64,000 nucleotides of DNA from Fimbriimonadales bacterium (GTDB taxonomy: Bacteria > Armatimonadota > Fimbriimonadia > Fimbriimonadales > ATM1). Positions 19,155 to 29,639 of this stretch are shown one piece after another (position 1 is the first letter of the stretch; each line of letters starts with the position of its first letter). The notes below the pieces were generated by a model, which worked only from the letters and a program-made list of their open reading frames with translations, was not told the DNA's origin and did not search any database. The translations under genes and the position numbers were made by a program. Location of the stretch: contig JBGTLG010000033.1 of NCBI GenBank assembly GCA_041744215.1, positions 1 through 64,000 on the forward strand. The letters are read 5' to 3'.

Positions 19155-20486
19155 ATGCCATTTGATATAACAAGCGTAGGTCTTGGAATCGTGATTGCCG
19201 TCGTCGGCGGCATCGCCCTCCTGTTTTTGCTCAATCTGCGGACGATCATTTATCTTTGTTCTCCCAATGAAGTACTGATCTTCTCAGGCAAACGAAGACG
19301 GGTCGGCAATCGACTCTTCGGCTACCGCATCATCAAAGGTGGGATGGGATTTCGGGTACCACTGATGGAGCGTGTTGATAGGCTTGATCTCACGAACATG
19401 GTCATCGATATCTCGGTTAGCAACGCCTATTCTAAGGGAGGGGTTCCGCTCGCTGTCCAAGGGGTGGCGAACGTCAAGGTTGCTGGCCATGAACCTGTTT
19501 TGAACAACGCTATCGAGCGATTTCTCGGAAAGTCCCGCCAGGAGATCATGCAGATTGCAAAGATGACGCTCGAGGGAAGCTTGCGTGGAATCCTTGCAAC
19601 AATGACGCCGGAAGAGGTCAACGAGGATAAGATCCTCTTCGCGGAGCGATTGGTTGGCGACGTCGAGGAAGATATGACCCGCTTAGGTTTGGTCATCGAC
19701 ACGTTTAAGCTGCAAAACGTGCAAGACGAGGTCAGCTATTTGGACAGTATCGGTCGCAAAAAGAATGCGGAAATCTTGCGTCAGGCGCGAATTGCGGAAG
19801 CTGTTGCCAGAGCTGACGCCGCGGTCCGATCGGCAGAAAACCGAGAGCGAGAAATGCGAACGAAGATCACTGCAGAAACCGACATCGCGAAGGCTGATGC
19901 CCAGCGTCGGCTGCGTGATACATTAACGCAGCGCGAAGCCCTCGTCGCGGAAGAGCAGGCGACGGTGGCCGCATCGCTTGCCCAGTCGAAAGCAGAAATC
20001 GATGTTCAAAAGGCGCGTATCGAGCAGATGCGCCGCAAGCTCGACGCTGACGTCATTCAGCCAGCGAAAGCGAGGTGCGAATCCTTGGAAGCAGAAGCGA
20101 AAGCAAAAGCTGCGCCAATCATCGCAGACGGCGAAGCTCGCGCGATGGTGTTGCGGACGCTTTCTGAGAGGTGGTCGGCGGCCGGGCCGCACGCTCGCGA
20201 CGTGTTTTTGCTGCAAAAGATGGACAAGATCATCGACGCGATCACGGCAACCGTTGCCGATACCACGATTGACCAAGTGACAATGATCGACTCCAACGCT
20301 CCGTCGCTCGGCACGGACGGCTCCTTGCCAATGAAGGCGATCTCGACGATCGAACAGATCAAGCAAGTTTTTGGCGTAGACTTGCTCGATTTGGTCAAGC
20401 AGAAGTCAGCGGGTGGCGGCGATTCAAGCGGGCCACACCCGGCTCGATCATGGGAATTGCCTCCTGAGACGGGAACGGAAAGCTAA
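19155..20486 (+). CDS. Flotillin/SPFH family protein 2
   Basis: AIERFLG, LEGSLRGILATMTPEEVNEDK; paralog of upstream gene. Confidence 0.93.
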   Translation: MPFDITSVGLGIVIAVVGGIALLFLLNLRTIIYLCSPNEVLIFSGKRRRVGNRLFGYRIIKGGMGFRVPLMERVDRLDLTNMVIDISVSNAYSKGGVPLAVQGVANVKVAGHEPVLNNAIERFLGKSRQEIMQIAKMTLEGSLRGILATMTPEEVNEDKILFAERLVGDVEEDMTRLGLVIDTFKLQNVQDEVSYLDSIGRKKNAEILRQARIAEAVARADAAVRSAENREREMRTKITAETDIAKADAQRRLRDTLTQREALVAEEQATVAASLAQSKAEIDVQKARIEQMRRKLDADVIQPAKARCESLEAEAKAKAAPIIADGEARAMVLRTLSERWSAAGPHARDVFLLQKMDKIIDAITATVADTTIDQVTMIDSNAPSLGTDGSLPMKAISTIEQIKQVFGVDLLDLVKQKSAGGGDSSGPHPARSWELPPETGTES

Positions 20487-20504
20487 TCGGGCAATAATGG
20501 GAGC

Positions 20505-21572
20505 GTGTTACTCCTCCTTTTGGCCCTATCGGTTCCGCCCGCTGAGGCTGAATGGCCTGAGCGCGTGACCAGACTGCACCGCGAAGCGCCCCTGATTGAC
20601 GGCCACAACGATCTGCCATGGGAGATTCGAAAAGCAGGAGTATCTCCCGCCGCAATGCGGCTGGATCGTGGCAACTCGCGTGTGCTCACGGATATTCCTC
20701 GCTTGCGCAGGGGACTGGTTGGCGGAGTGTTTTGGTCGGTGTACGTGCCAGCAAGTTTGTCTGGTGATGCCGCTGTGCGGACAACCCGCGAGCAGATCGA
20801 CCGCGTTAAGCAATTGGTCGCGGCGTATCCTGGGACGTTTGAGATGGCATACACGTCTGGCGACGTGTTGAGAATTTTCCAAAAAGGAAAGATTGCGTCT
20901 TTAATCGGAATGGAAGGGGGTCACTCTATCAACTCTTCGCTTGCGACATTGCGCGATATGTACGCTCGCGGAGCGAGATACATGACACTCACCCATTCTC
21001 GAAACGTTCCATGGGCAGATAGCGCTACGGATACGGCACGACTCAAGGGCCTTTCTGCTTTTGGGGAGCAGGTCATCGCTGAGATGAATCGCCTGGGAAT
21101 GATTGTCGACTTGAGCCACGTTTCCGCAGACACGATGCGACATGTGCTTCGGGTAACAAAGTCGCCGGTGATCTTTTCGCACTCGAATGCTCGCGCGATA
21201 CGGGATCATGCAAGGAATGTCCCGGACGATGTTCTGCGAACTTTGAAGTCGAATCGCGGCGTCGTTATGGTCGTGTTCGTGCGCTCTTTCGTCTCTTCGT
21301 CCTCTGCTGACGTTCGCCGGGTCGCGGACCATATCGACCACATTAGAAAGATTGCGGGCATCGACCACGTTGGGATCGGGAGCGACTTTGACGGTGGCGG
21401 CGCGCTTCCAGGGTTAGAGGATGTGTCCAAGCTTCCAAACTTGACAGTTGAACTTATCAGAAGAGGGTACTCGGATACCGAGATCAAGAAGGTGCTCGGG
21501 CTGAACATGTTGCGCGTCATGAGCGAGGGTGAGGAAGTCGCTCGGCGATTGCAGGGCAGGAAAGCAGCGTAG
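20505..21572 (+). CDS. Membrane dipeptidase (peptidase M19)
   Basis: DGHNDLP, GMEGGH, DLSH, SHS, GIGSDFDG. Confidence 0.95.
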   Translation: MLLLLLALSVPPAEAEWPERVTRLHREAPLIDGHNDLPWEIRKAGVSPAAMRLDRGNSRVLTDIPRLRRGLVGGVFWSVYVPASLSGDAAVRTTREQIDRVKQLVAAYPGTFEMAYTSGDVLRIFQKGKIASLIGMEGGHSINSSLATLRDMYARGARYMTLTHSRNVPWADSATDTARLKGLSAFGEQVIAEMNRLGMIVDLSHVSADTMRHVLRVTKSPVIFSHSNARAIRDHARNVPDDVLRTLKSNRGVVMVVFVRSFVSSSSADVRRVADHIDHIRKIAGIDHVGIGSDFDGGGALPGLEDVSKLPNLTVELIRRGYSDTEIKKVLGLNMLRVMSEGEEVARRLQGRKAA

Positions 21573-21575
21573 CCT

Positions 21576-22670
21576 ATGCACAAGCGCCTGCAAGTGCTGA
21601 TGCTGGGCCCAGGGCTCCGCGTGAAGGGAGGCGTTACCGCCGTCGAGAAACTCATCGTAGCGAACATGCCGGAATCGATCGATATGCGTTTCGTGTCGAC
21701 GATGGAGGATGGATCGGGACTTAAGAAGGCATTTGTCTTTCTTGTATCGGTCGTACGTGTGTTTGGGCTGCTCTTGGTCGGTTGGCCGCGCGTGGTGCAT
21801 TTACACTTTACGTCGCGCGGAAGCAACATTCGGAAGATGACGCTTGCGAGGCTGTGCAGGTTGTTTGGGCGGCGCGTTGTGATGCATGGGCATGGCGGAG
21901 AGTTCCACCTGTTTGTTGAGCGGTTATCACCCGCCTATCGTGCTTGGACGCTGAGGACTATTCGAAGGGCAGATTGCGTTATCTGTCTATCAAAGAGCTG
22001 GCGCGAGTTCTACTCCACTTTGGGCATTGATACGAACCGGCTTATCGCACTACCAAACCCAGTCCGCATTCCTGCCACAGCACCCGAGAGGAGTGGAGTC
22101 GAATCGGTCCAGTTTCTTTACTTAGGATTGATGGCTCAACCCAAGGGAGTTTATGATATGCTCGATGCCTTCGCTCGACTGCCAGAATCGGTTCGAGGGA
22201 AGTGCAAGCTCGTAATGGCTGGGAATGGCGAGTTGGAAGAAGTGCGCAAGAATGCGGTTCGATTGGGCATTGAAGGGTCTTTGACTGTGTATGATTGGGT
22301 TGGACCCGAAGAGCGCGATCGACTGCTTGAAGAAAGCGACGTGTTCCTGCTGCCGTCATACATCGAGGGATTGCCGATGGGGATGTTGGAAGCGATGAGT
22401 TACGCGATGCCTGTTATAACGACTCCAGTTGGTGGCATTCCGGAGTACGTTCACAATGGCGTCACTGGTCTGCTGGTCGAACCTGGCGATGTCGCTGCGT
22501 TGTCCGTTGCTATGCAGCAGATGGTTGAATCGGAATCGGATCGACTGCGGATTGGCGCGGCTGGCAGAGAGATCGTGAAGCCGCTTGATGCAAAAGAATA
22601 CTGTCGCGAACTTGAGCGCATTTACTTATCTGTCGCGGAGTCGGGGCTGCCGCCCCAAGATCTGATATGA
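21576..22670 (+). CDS. GT4 glycosyltransferase
   Basis: LPSYIEGLPMGMLEAM, TPVGGIPE. Confidence 0.93.
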   Translation: MHKRLQVLMLGPGLRVKGGVTAVEKLIVANMPESIDMRFVSTMEDGSGLKKAFVFLVSVVRVFGLLLVGWPRVVHLHFTSRGSNIRKMTLARLCRLFGRRVVMHGHGGEFHLFVERLSPAYRAWTLRTIRRADCVICLSKSWREFYSTLGIDTNRLIALPNPVRIPATAPERSGVESVQFLYLGLMAQPKGVYDMLDAFARLPESVRGKCKLVMAGNGELEEVRKNAVRLGIEGSLTVYDWVGPEERDRLLEESDVFLLPSYIEGLPMGMLEAMSYAMPVITTPVGGIPEYVHNGVTGLLVEPGDVAALSVAMQQMVESESDRLRIGAAGREIVKPLDAKEYCRELERIYLSVAESGLPPQDLI

Positions 22671-23959
22671 AGCGACTCGCATCGAGGTTCAAGTCGCTTC
22701 GGTCTGGCGACACACTGATCCGGAGAAATCCACTCTACTATCGCCGTGCGCTCGAACTTTTCGACAAGTTGGAGGATGCGGGCATTCAGGAGCGCGAGCA
22801 ATGGACGACTGAGAGACTTAAACTCGTGCTACGGGCAGCCCAAAAGTCGCGATACGGCAAGAGGGTTGCTGGAGGCGGCGAGATTTATTCTTGGCCGATT
22901 CTCGAAAAGGATGAGATTCGGGATGCACCCAAGCACTTTCTGACGATGGCGACGTGGCGGACAAGCCACGCTACGACGAGCGGAACGACAGGGATCCCGC
23001 TAAAGCTGTATCGAAGCTTGTCTTCTGTGTCCGTCGAACAGGCGGCTATCGACAGATTGCTGATCAAACAGGGTGTCGATCCACTTAACTACCGTGCTGC
23101 CGTATTGCGCGGAGACGATATCAAAGACCCGGCAGACAGAGAGCCGCCGTACTGGATCTATGCTGGAGGCGAGAGGCGGCTGGTCTTTTCGTCGAACCAC
23201 CTCAATCGAGAGACGCTTCCAGAGTTCATCGAGGAGATCGAGAAGTTTCGCCCTGAGGTGCTGCACGCATATCCGACAATTCTCGATTCGTTTTGCAACT
23301 TGCTGCTCACATCCTATAGCCGACCCGTCATACCGATTACAATATGCTCGTCCGAAGTGCTCCTCGTCGAGTCTTGGAAACGAAGCCGAATGGCATTGGA
23401 GACCAAGATGATCGACTACTATGGACAAGCAGAGCGTGTTTCGTTTGCGTATGCGTATGAGCCTCAGACATACCGGTTTTTGCCTGGGTATTCGTACAAC
23501 GAACTTCTGCCGGTCGAAGGCGAAGAGTACACTTACGAACTTGTGTGTACCGGACTGTGGAATCTCGCGATGCCGCTCGTGAGGCTTCGCACTGGCGATT
23601 TGATTCGGGTTCCTTCGGGGAAGGATCTTAATGCGATCGCTTTCGGGACCGAGATCTTCGCAGGTGTGATTGGACGGAGTGGCGATTTTTTGATTGCGCC
23701 GGATGGGGCGCGGCTCATGGGAATCGACCACATTCCTCGCGACGTCGATCACGTCGTCCAGATGCAGATTATTCAGGAAACACCGGACCGGGTGCGAATC
23801 CTCGTAGTGCCAGAAGAGGGTTTTGGCGATGCGGACAGACGGAAGATCGAGTCTAACGCCCGGCTCAAGCTACCGCCGCCGATGCGCTGGGAGGTGGAGA
23901 TCGTCGAGGCACTGGAGCGCAACTCGTCTGGAAAGGCGCCTTATGTGATCCGGCGGTAA
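22667..23959 (+). CDS. Phenylacetate-CoA ligase family (CapK-like) adenylate-forming protein
   Basis: TTSGTTGIP, YGQAE, RLRTGD, GR, SGK. Confidence 0.88.
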   Translation: MKRLASRFKSLRSGDTLIRRNPLYYRRALELFDKLEDAGIQEREQWTTERLKLVLRAAQKSRYGKRVAGGGEIYSWPILEKDEIRDAPKHFLTMATWRTSHATTSGTTGIPLKLYRSLSSVSVEQAAIDRLLIKQGVDPLNYRAAVLRGDDIKDPADREPPYWIYAGGERRLVFSSNHLNRETLPEFIEEIEKFRPEVLHAYPTILDSFCNLLLTSYSRPVIPITICSSEVLLVESWKRSRMALETKMIDYYGQAERVSFAYAYEPQTYRFLPGYSYNELLPVEGEEYTYELVCTGLWNLAMPLVRLRTGDLIRVPSGKDLNAIAFGTEIFAGVIGRSGDFLIAPDGARLMGIDHIPRDVDHVVQMQIIQETPDRVRILVVPEEGFGDADRRKIESNARLKLPPPMRWEVEIVEALERNSSGKAPYVIRR

Positions 23960-23969
23960 AATCCGCCCC

Positions 23970-25178
23970 ATGGATTTCTCCCTCACGCGCGAACACGAGT
24001 TGATTCGTGAGTCCGCCTACAAGTTTGGTCAGAACGAGATTGTTCCAGGAATTCGCGAGCGCGACCGCGCTGCGGAGTCAGACCCATCAACGTTGAAGAA
24101 GATGGGCGAGGCAGGTTTTCTCGGAGTTTGTGTGCCCGAAGAGTATGGGGGGATGGGCGCCGACTACATCAGTTTAGGAATCGTTTGCGAGGAGTTGGAA
24201 CGTGCAGACACAAGCGCACGGGTGGTAATGAGTGTTCATGCGGGGCTGCATTGCATGACGCTCATGCAGTGGGGTACGGAAGAACAGAAGCGAAGGTGGT
24301 TGCCGGATTTGGCGACTGGGAAAAAGGTAGCTGCGTTTGGTTTGACCGAGCCGAACGCGGGGAGCGACGCTTCGAATCTCAAGACGACGGCCCGAAAGGA
24401 AGGAAACGATTACATTATCAATGGTCAGAAGACTTGGATCAGCTTGAGCGATTATGCCGATCAGTTTTTAATCGTGACGCGGCTGGCGGAGACGAGCGCA
24501 AAGGCGCCATATGCTGCATTTATCATTGATCGCGACACGCCGGGATTTAGCAGCAAGCCCATTCACGGAAAGTTGGGGGTGAGGGCGGGCAACACAGGCG
24601 AAATCTTCTTTGAGAACATGCGCGTTCCTACTGAGAACATGCTTGGCGAAGAAGGCGACGGGTTCAAGGTTGCGATGTCTGCGCTCGATCATGGCCGATA
24701 TACGGTTGCGGCGGGTGCTGTTGGAGTCATTACAGCGTGTCTCGATGCCTGTGTGAAGTATGCGAACGACCGCACCGTTGGAGGAGAGGCGATCGGGAAG
24801 AAGCAGTTGGTCCAGCAAATGATCGCCTCAATGGTGCAAGGGCGCGACATCGGGAGACTGCTTTACTATCAAGTTGGGTGGATGAAAAACGCGGGTCTTC
24901 GGCACACACGCGAAGTATCGCTTGCGAAGTGGACCAATTGTGCGGCGGCATTCGATGCGGCACACAAGGCAATAGAAGTGCATGGTGCGTACGGGTTTGC
25001 GGATGAGTTTCCTGTTGAGAGGTACTTCAGAAACTCACGCGGCGCAATCATCTATGAGGGGACCCATGAGATTCACACTCTGATGCAGGCCGAGTACGAA
25101 CTCGGTTATCGAAGCGACAAACCGCTGGCAAGGTCGTTGCCTACTTGGCCCTTTGGCAAGACACCGGTAGGGATTTAG
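23970..25178 (+). CDS. Acyl-CoA dehydrogenase
   Basis: FGLTEPNAGSD, NGQKTWIS, HGAYG, IYEGT. Confidence 0.95.
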   Translation: MDFSLTREHELIRESAYKFGQNEIVPGIRERDRAAESDPSTLKKMGEAGFLGVCVPEEYGGMGADYISLGIVCEELERADTSARVVMSVHAGLHCMTLMQWGTEEQKRRWLPDLATGKKVAAFGLTEPNAGSDASNLKTTARKEGNDYIINGQKTWISLSDYADQFLIVTRLAETSAKAPYAAFIIDRDTPGFSSKPIHGKLGVRAGNTGEIFFENMRVPTENMLGEEGDGFKVAMSALDHGRYTVAAGAVGVITACLDACVKYANDRTVGGEAIGKKQLVQQMIASMVQGRDIGRLLYYQVGWMKNAGLRHTREVSLAKWTNCAAAFDAAHKAIEVHGAYGFADEFPVERYFRNSRGAIIYEGTHEIHTLMQAEYELGYRSDKPLARSLPTWPFGKTPVGI

Positions 25179-25318
25179 CGCGTGGAAACGTCATTGCTGC
25201 CGAACATCGGGCTTTGAGTCCCGACGGTGGCCGAGGTTCTTGGAACGATCTGATCGCGGATGGTTTGCGGAAGGGAAAGAACCGCAGAATCGCATGGTTT
25301 ACGTGTAGAATCCACCGC

Positions 25319-26005
25319 ATGATGCTCGCAGCAATCGCACTTGTCGCACTCGCGGCTCCGCAGGAACCAGAGTTCGAGATGACGACCTATTGGTTCGCGC
25401 TCTTGAAGAAGGGGCCGAGCTACGGACAAGGGACTCGCGAGGAACTGATGGAGATGCAGGCGGCGCACCTCTCAAACTTCGAGAAGCTGCACAGAGAAGG
25501 AAAGCTGCTCTTCCCTGCTCCTCTTGCAAGCAACGGCGAGATTCGAGGCATTGCGGTTTTTGATGTCAAGACAAAAGGGGATGTTATGAAGTGCTTCGAA
25601 TCCGATCCCTTCATCACGAAGAAGCAGATGGTTATCGAGGCCTATCAGTGGTACACCGGCAAGGGAATGATAGGAAAGCCCGAAAAGTTCTTCGATCTTG
25701 AAGATGCTTACCTTGGAATACTAAAGCGACCCAACGACGCTGCCACCTTTACGCCAGAGAGGATGCAAGAGATTCAAGCAGGACACATGGCAAACATTAG
25801 CGCGATGGCAGAGGTGGGGATCCTGGCGCTCGCAGGTCCGTTGGCGGAAGCAGGCGAGATGAGGGGACTGTTCTTTTTCAGGAAAGTCGAAGAAGAGACG
25901 ATTCGGGCTTGGGTGGCGAAAGACCCGGCAGTAGCTGCAAAAAGGCTTGTGATGGAACTGCATCCGATGTGGATTGCGAAAGGCGTCTTGCCACCAAAAA
26001 AGTAG
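25319..26005 (+). CDS. Secreted tandem YciI/YCII-domain protein
   Basis: Two repeats (QAAHLSN...GKL; QAGHMAN...LAGP...DP); signal peptide. Confidence 0.8.
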   Translation: MMLAAIALVALAAPQEPEFEMTTYWFALLKKGPSYGQGTREELMEMQAAHLSNFEKLHREGKLLFPAPLASNGEIRGIAVFDVKTKGDVMKCFESDPFITKKQMVIEAYQWYTGKGMIGKPEKFFDLEDAYLGILKRPNDAATFTPERMQEIQAGHMANISAMAEVGILALAGPLAEAGEMRGLFFFRKVEEETIRAWVAKDPAVAAKRLVMELHPMWIAKGVLPPKK

Positions 26006-26175
26006 TCGAAGCATCTGTTGCACGACCTGGTGGCCTAGCCGTATGTTGTGTGCTCGAGGGAGTTCCTCGAAGCGCGACAACTTGCGGACGCGCGGGGGTA
26101 GCGATCAATATCGCAACACGGAACCCGTCGGCACCGGTCAGTTGAGAGGTACATTTCGGAACGCCGGACACCCAT

Positions 26176-28908
26176 ATGGCAACGCCGACCTCAGAAGTGA
26201 CGATCAGGACGCCCGACCAGCGGGTGAGGGTGTTTGTAAGTTCTACGCTGCTGGAACTTGCGGACGAACGCTTAGCGGCGAAGCGGGCGATCGAGAGACT
26301 GAGACTTACGCCCGTGATGTTTGAACTTGGCGCCAGGCCGCATCCGCCGCGCTCCTTATACAAGGCGTATCTCGAACAAAGTCACGTTTTCGTAGGCATT
26401 TATTGGGAACGCTATGGATGGATAGCCGATGGAATGGAGGTTTCGGGTTTAGAGGACGAATGGCAGCTTGCGGGCGAAATGCCTCGACTCGTTTACGTCA
26501 AGAGGCCGTCCGATGGTCGAGAAGAGAAGCTCAAAGAGCTGCTGCTCCGGATTCAGAACTCAGGCGTCTCATACAAGTCTTTCTCAAGTCCCCAAGAACT
26601 TGAGTCGCTCTTGGCCGATGATCTCGCAGTTGCCCTGAGCGAACGGTTCGAGGCTTCGCTCCAGTCAGTGCCGCTGCAATCGGAAGCATCCTGTCGATTG
26701 CTCCCTTCTCCAGCAACACCCTTGTTCGGCCGGGATGCCGACATCGCCAAGTGCACGGCACTTTTGTTGGAGCCGGACGTGCGAATGCTGACGCTTGTCG
26801 GCCCGGGTGGCATCGGCAAAACACGTCTGGCGATCGAAGTTGCTAAGCAACTGAGCGACCACTTCGCAGACGGAGTTTGTTTCCTCGAGCTGGCTTCGCT
26901 GCAGGATCCGGCGTTACTCCCAACCGAGATCCTCAATCAAGTAGGGGGGCCAGGCATTCCGTCTCGATCGCCGATGGATACGATCATCTTGACTTTGAGA
27001 AAGCAGTCGTTGCTACTTGTGCTCGACAACTTCGAACACTTGCTTGGTGGCGCGAACTACATCTCAGAAATGATCGAGGGCTGTCCTTTTCTTCATATTC
27101 TCGTTACGAGCAGAGCAGCCCTGCAGATTAAGCCCGAACACGAATACGCGGTCTGTCAGCTCGAGTCCCCAGTTGAGCATGACCTCAATCGCACGGTGCA
27201 GGAACTTTCTATGTATTCGGCGATTCGGCTGTTTGTTGACCGCACACGGGCGATCCGCCCTGACTTCGAGCTCGATTCCAGTAATGCTGAGTTCGTGCGA
27301 AACATCTGTTCGCGGCTGGAAGGAATACCTTTGGCAATTGAGCTCGCGGCAGCTCGAACAAAAACATTGGATCTGCCCACCATGATTGAGTTACTCAACA
27401 GCGGATTGGAGGTTTTATCCAGCGGTAGAAGGGACGCGCCTGATCGGCAAAAGACTCTCCGCGCGACCATCAAATGGAGTTACGACTTGCTTACTGAAAA
27501 GGAGAAGCAAGTGTTAAATCGCATTTGTGTTTTTCATGGCGGAACAACTTTGGAGTGCGCCTACCTTGTTGCCGGCATGAATGAGCCTCTGTCACTCGCC
27601 GAGTTAAAGCGACGAACAATGTATGTGACTGACCACGCCCTGGTGGACCCATCACATGTTGTGCCCACTCTTGACTTCCTCGATGCTATCGAATCACTTG
27701 TTGCCAAGAGCCTACTTCGTGTGGACATATCCTCCTCTCGCGAGCCCAGGTACGTGCCTTACGAAGCGGTCCGTGAATTCTGCATCGAGGAGTTGAAAAG
27801 CGCAGGACAGCTTGAAGATGTTCGCCTTCGGCACGCGATCGCAATCACTTCCTGTGTCGAAAAGCAGTGGCCGAGGCTGTGGGGTCCGGACGCCACAAAG
27901 ACATACTCATACTTCGACTTAGAAATCGACAACGTGCGAGCGGCGCTCGCTGCCAGTTGGGTGGGCTACCCTGAGATTGCGATGCGCCTTGCTATTGCGG
28001 CAGCAGAATATTGGGACGTTCGACAGTTGCGCGAAGCTACAGATTGGTTAACAAAATGCATTGAAGCCGCAGAACGAGCGGGAGTGGCGAACACGAGGTT
28101 GTTTCAACTCACCAAGCTGGAACTCACACGTCGCTACTTTCGGCTTGAGCGCTGGCAAGAGATGTTTGTTGCCATCGACGAGATTGAGAAGTGGGCTCAG
28201 GAACATGGGGACAGTTTTCTGTCACTGGACGCCGTTCATCAGCGGACAATGGCACTCGCATACGCTGGAGCTCTCGACAAAGTTCACGACCAAGTAAGTG
28301 ATGCGTTGCCGATATCACGCCGCATCGGATACAGGTTTGCCGAGATGTGTTTGATACAGAACTTAGGCGCCGCAGAAGCGTTTGCAGGCGATGCTGTTGC
28401 CGCGCAAAAGCTACTGATTGAATCCATGGAGATGGCGAAGGAGTTGGGCGCCCACCGGCGCGCGGGCATCTGTTCGACGGTTCTCGCCATTGTCAGTGTC
28501 CATCTCTCGGACCCTCAAGGATCCTTGCGGTACGTCGAACAGACACTTGATCAGATTCGGACGGTCGGGGATCACGTATTGTTGCTTTACAATTTGACAT
28601 GCTTATCGGTAGTCGCGATCCTGTACCAAGATTACGAGAAAGCGCTTCATATCGCTAGCCTATCTCGAAGATACTCTGAGTTTTTCGGAGTCGGATTCGT
28701 GCCAGTTGCGGAGCGCGATGTTTCGGCAGCAGAACGCGAGGCAATTGCAAAAGTGGGAAGTGAACGAGCGCGCGAGATTCTTGAGTCGGTCGAAGTCACC
28801 TCGTTGCACGGTGCGGTCGAAGTGGCATCTGCCCTGTGCAGAGAGTTCTCACTTAGACCTCCGCCAGGTAAGCGCGAGAGCGGTAACGAAGACACCGGCA
28901 CTGAATAG
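26176..28908 (+). CDS. DUF4062 + STAND (NB-ARC-like) ATPase + TPR-like protein
   Basis: RVFVSSTLLELADER...SGLEDE; GPGGIGKT Walker A; LLVLDNFEH Walker B; GIPLAIELAAAR; helical C-terminus. Confidence 0.9.
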   Translation: MATPTSEVTIRTPDQRVRVFVSSTLLELADERLAAKRAIERLRLTPVMFELGARPHPPRSLYKAYLEQSHVFVGIYWERYGWIADGMEVSGLEDEWQLAGEMPRLVYVKRPSDGREEKLKELLLRIQNSGVSYKSFSSPQELESLLADDLAVALSERFEASLQSVPLQSEASCRLLPSPATPLFGRDADIAKCTALLLEPDVRMLTLVGPGGIGKTRLAIEVAKQLSDHFADGVCFLELASLQDPALLPTEILNQVGGPGIPSRSPMDTIILTLRKQSLLLVLDNFEHLLGGANYISEMIEGCPFLHILVTSRAALQIKPEHEYAVCQLESPVEHDLNRTVQELSMYSAIRLFVDRTRAIRPDFELDSSNAEFVRNICSRLEGIPLAIELAAARTKTLDLPTMIELLNSGLEVLSSGRRDAPDRQKTLRATIKWSYDLLTEKEKQVLNRICVFHGGTTLECAYLVAGMNEPLSLAELKRRTMYVTDHALVDPSHVVPTLDFLDAIESLVAKSLLRVDISSSREPRYVPYEAVREFCIEELKSAGQLEDVRLRHAIAITSCVEKQWPRLWGPDATKTYSYFDLEIDNVRAALAASWVGYPEIAMRLAIAAAEYWDVRQLREATDWLTKCIEAAERAGVANTRLFQLTKLELTRRYFRLERWQEMFVAIDEIEKWAQEHGDSFLSLDAVHQRTMALAYAGALDKVHDQVSDALPISRRIGYRFAEMCLIQNLGAAEAFAGDAVAAQKLLIESMEMAKELGAHRRAGICSTVLAIVSVHLSDPQGSLRYVEQTLDQIRTVGDHVLLLYNLTCLSVVAILYQDYEKALHIASLSRRYSEFFGVGFVPVAERDVSAAEREAIAKVGSERAREILESVEVTSLHGAVEVASALCREFSLRPPPGKRESGNEDTGTE

Positions 28909-29541
28909 CATCCAAACAATAGCCCAAAAGAGCGGGGGGATTCCCGTTTCTTGGTACATATTGTGTGCGTCGCTATGTGCTCCGCGGATCGTGCTGATAA
29001 TCATCAGATCACCCAAGCTTTGCGCAGCCGCTAGGCATTGGGTCATGCCCAAAAACTGGGCGCAAAAGATGAGCCAGTTTCCTTTCGCGAAACTTGCTAT
29101 CGCGAAAAGGACGGCGACCCAGAAGACGCCGCTGACAACCCCAACCAGATCGCCCCGAACCCAGAGAGCTAATCCCACTGCGATCAATGCGCCGAGAGTC
29201 CATAGGGCAATTCGCGCTCCTCGTTGCGTCGAGCCCATCACGACCATCGCCGCTCCAAACAGCGATGCGCCGAAGTATCCGGCTGAACTGATGGCGGTGG
29301 CCCATCCTCCGAGCGTTACTGTCAATCCCGAGCCGATCGCATGAACTTCGATGTGGTGGACCAACCCACCTGACGCGACGGCTGCAATGGCGTGGCAAAG
29401 CTCATGGAGGTGCGTGTTTAGATAGACAAGAGGCAGGAGCGCCGGCCGCAGCATGGGCGTGATCCAAAAAAACAGAGCAATGCCTCCCGACGCGAGCAGG
29501 AGGTTTTTCTCACCTTTTTCGGATAAGCGCGGCGCAGGCAT
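28849..29541 (-). CDS. Peptidase M50B-like membrane metalloprotease
   Basis: HELCHA, SSAGY, SDA; multiple TM segments. Confidence 0.88.
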   Translation of the reverse strand: MPAPRLSEKGEKNLLLASGGIALFFWITPMLRPALLPLVYLNTHLHELCHAIAAVASGGLVHHIEVHAIGSGLTVTLGGWATAISSAGYFGASLFGAAMVVMGSTQRGARIALWTLGALIAVGLALWVRGDLVGVVSGVFWVAVLFAIASFAKGNWLIFCAQFLGMTQCLAAAQSLGDLMIISTIRGAHSDAHNMYQETGIPPLFWAIVWMLFSAGVFVTALALTWRRSK

Positions 29542-29639
29542 GAACGCATACGATACGCGATTCAGCGCAGTGAGGTTGAGGCCGCCGCGGAACGGGACGG
29601 CGGCCAGAAGATTTCCGCTTCGTAATCGTGGGGTGTTCG

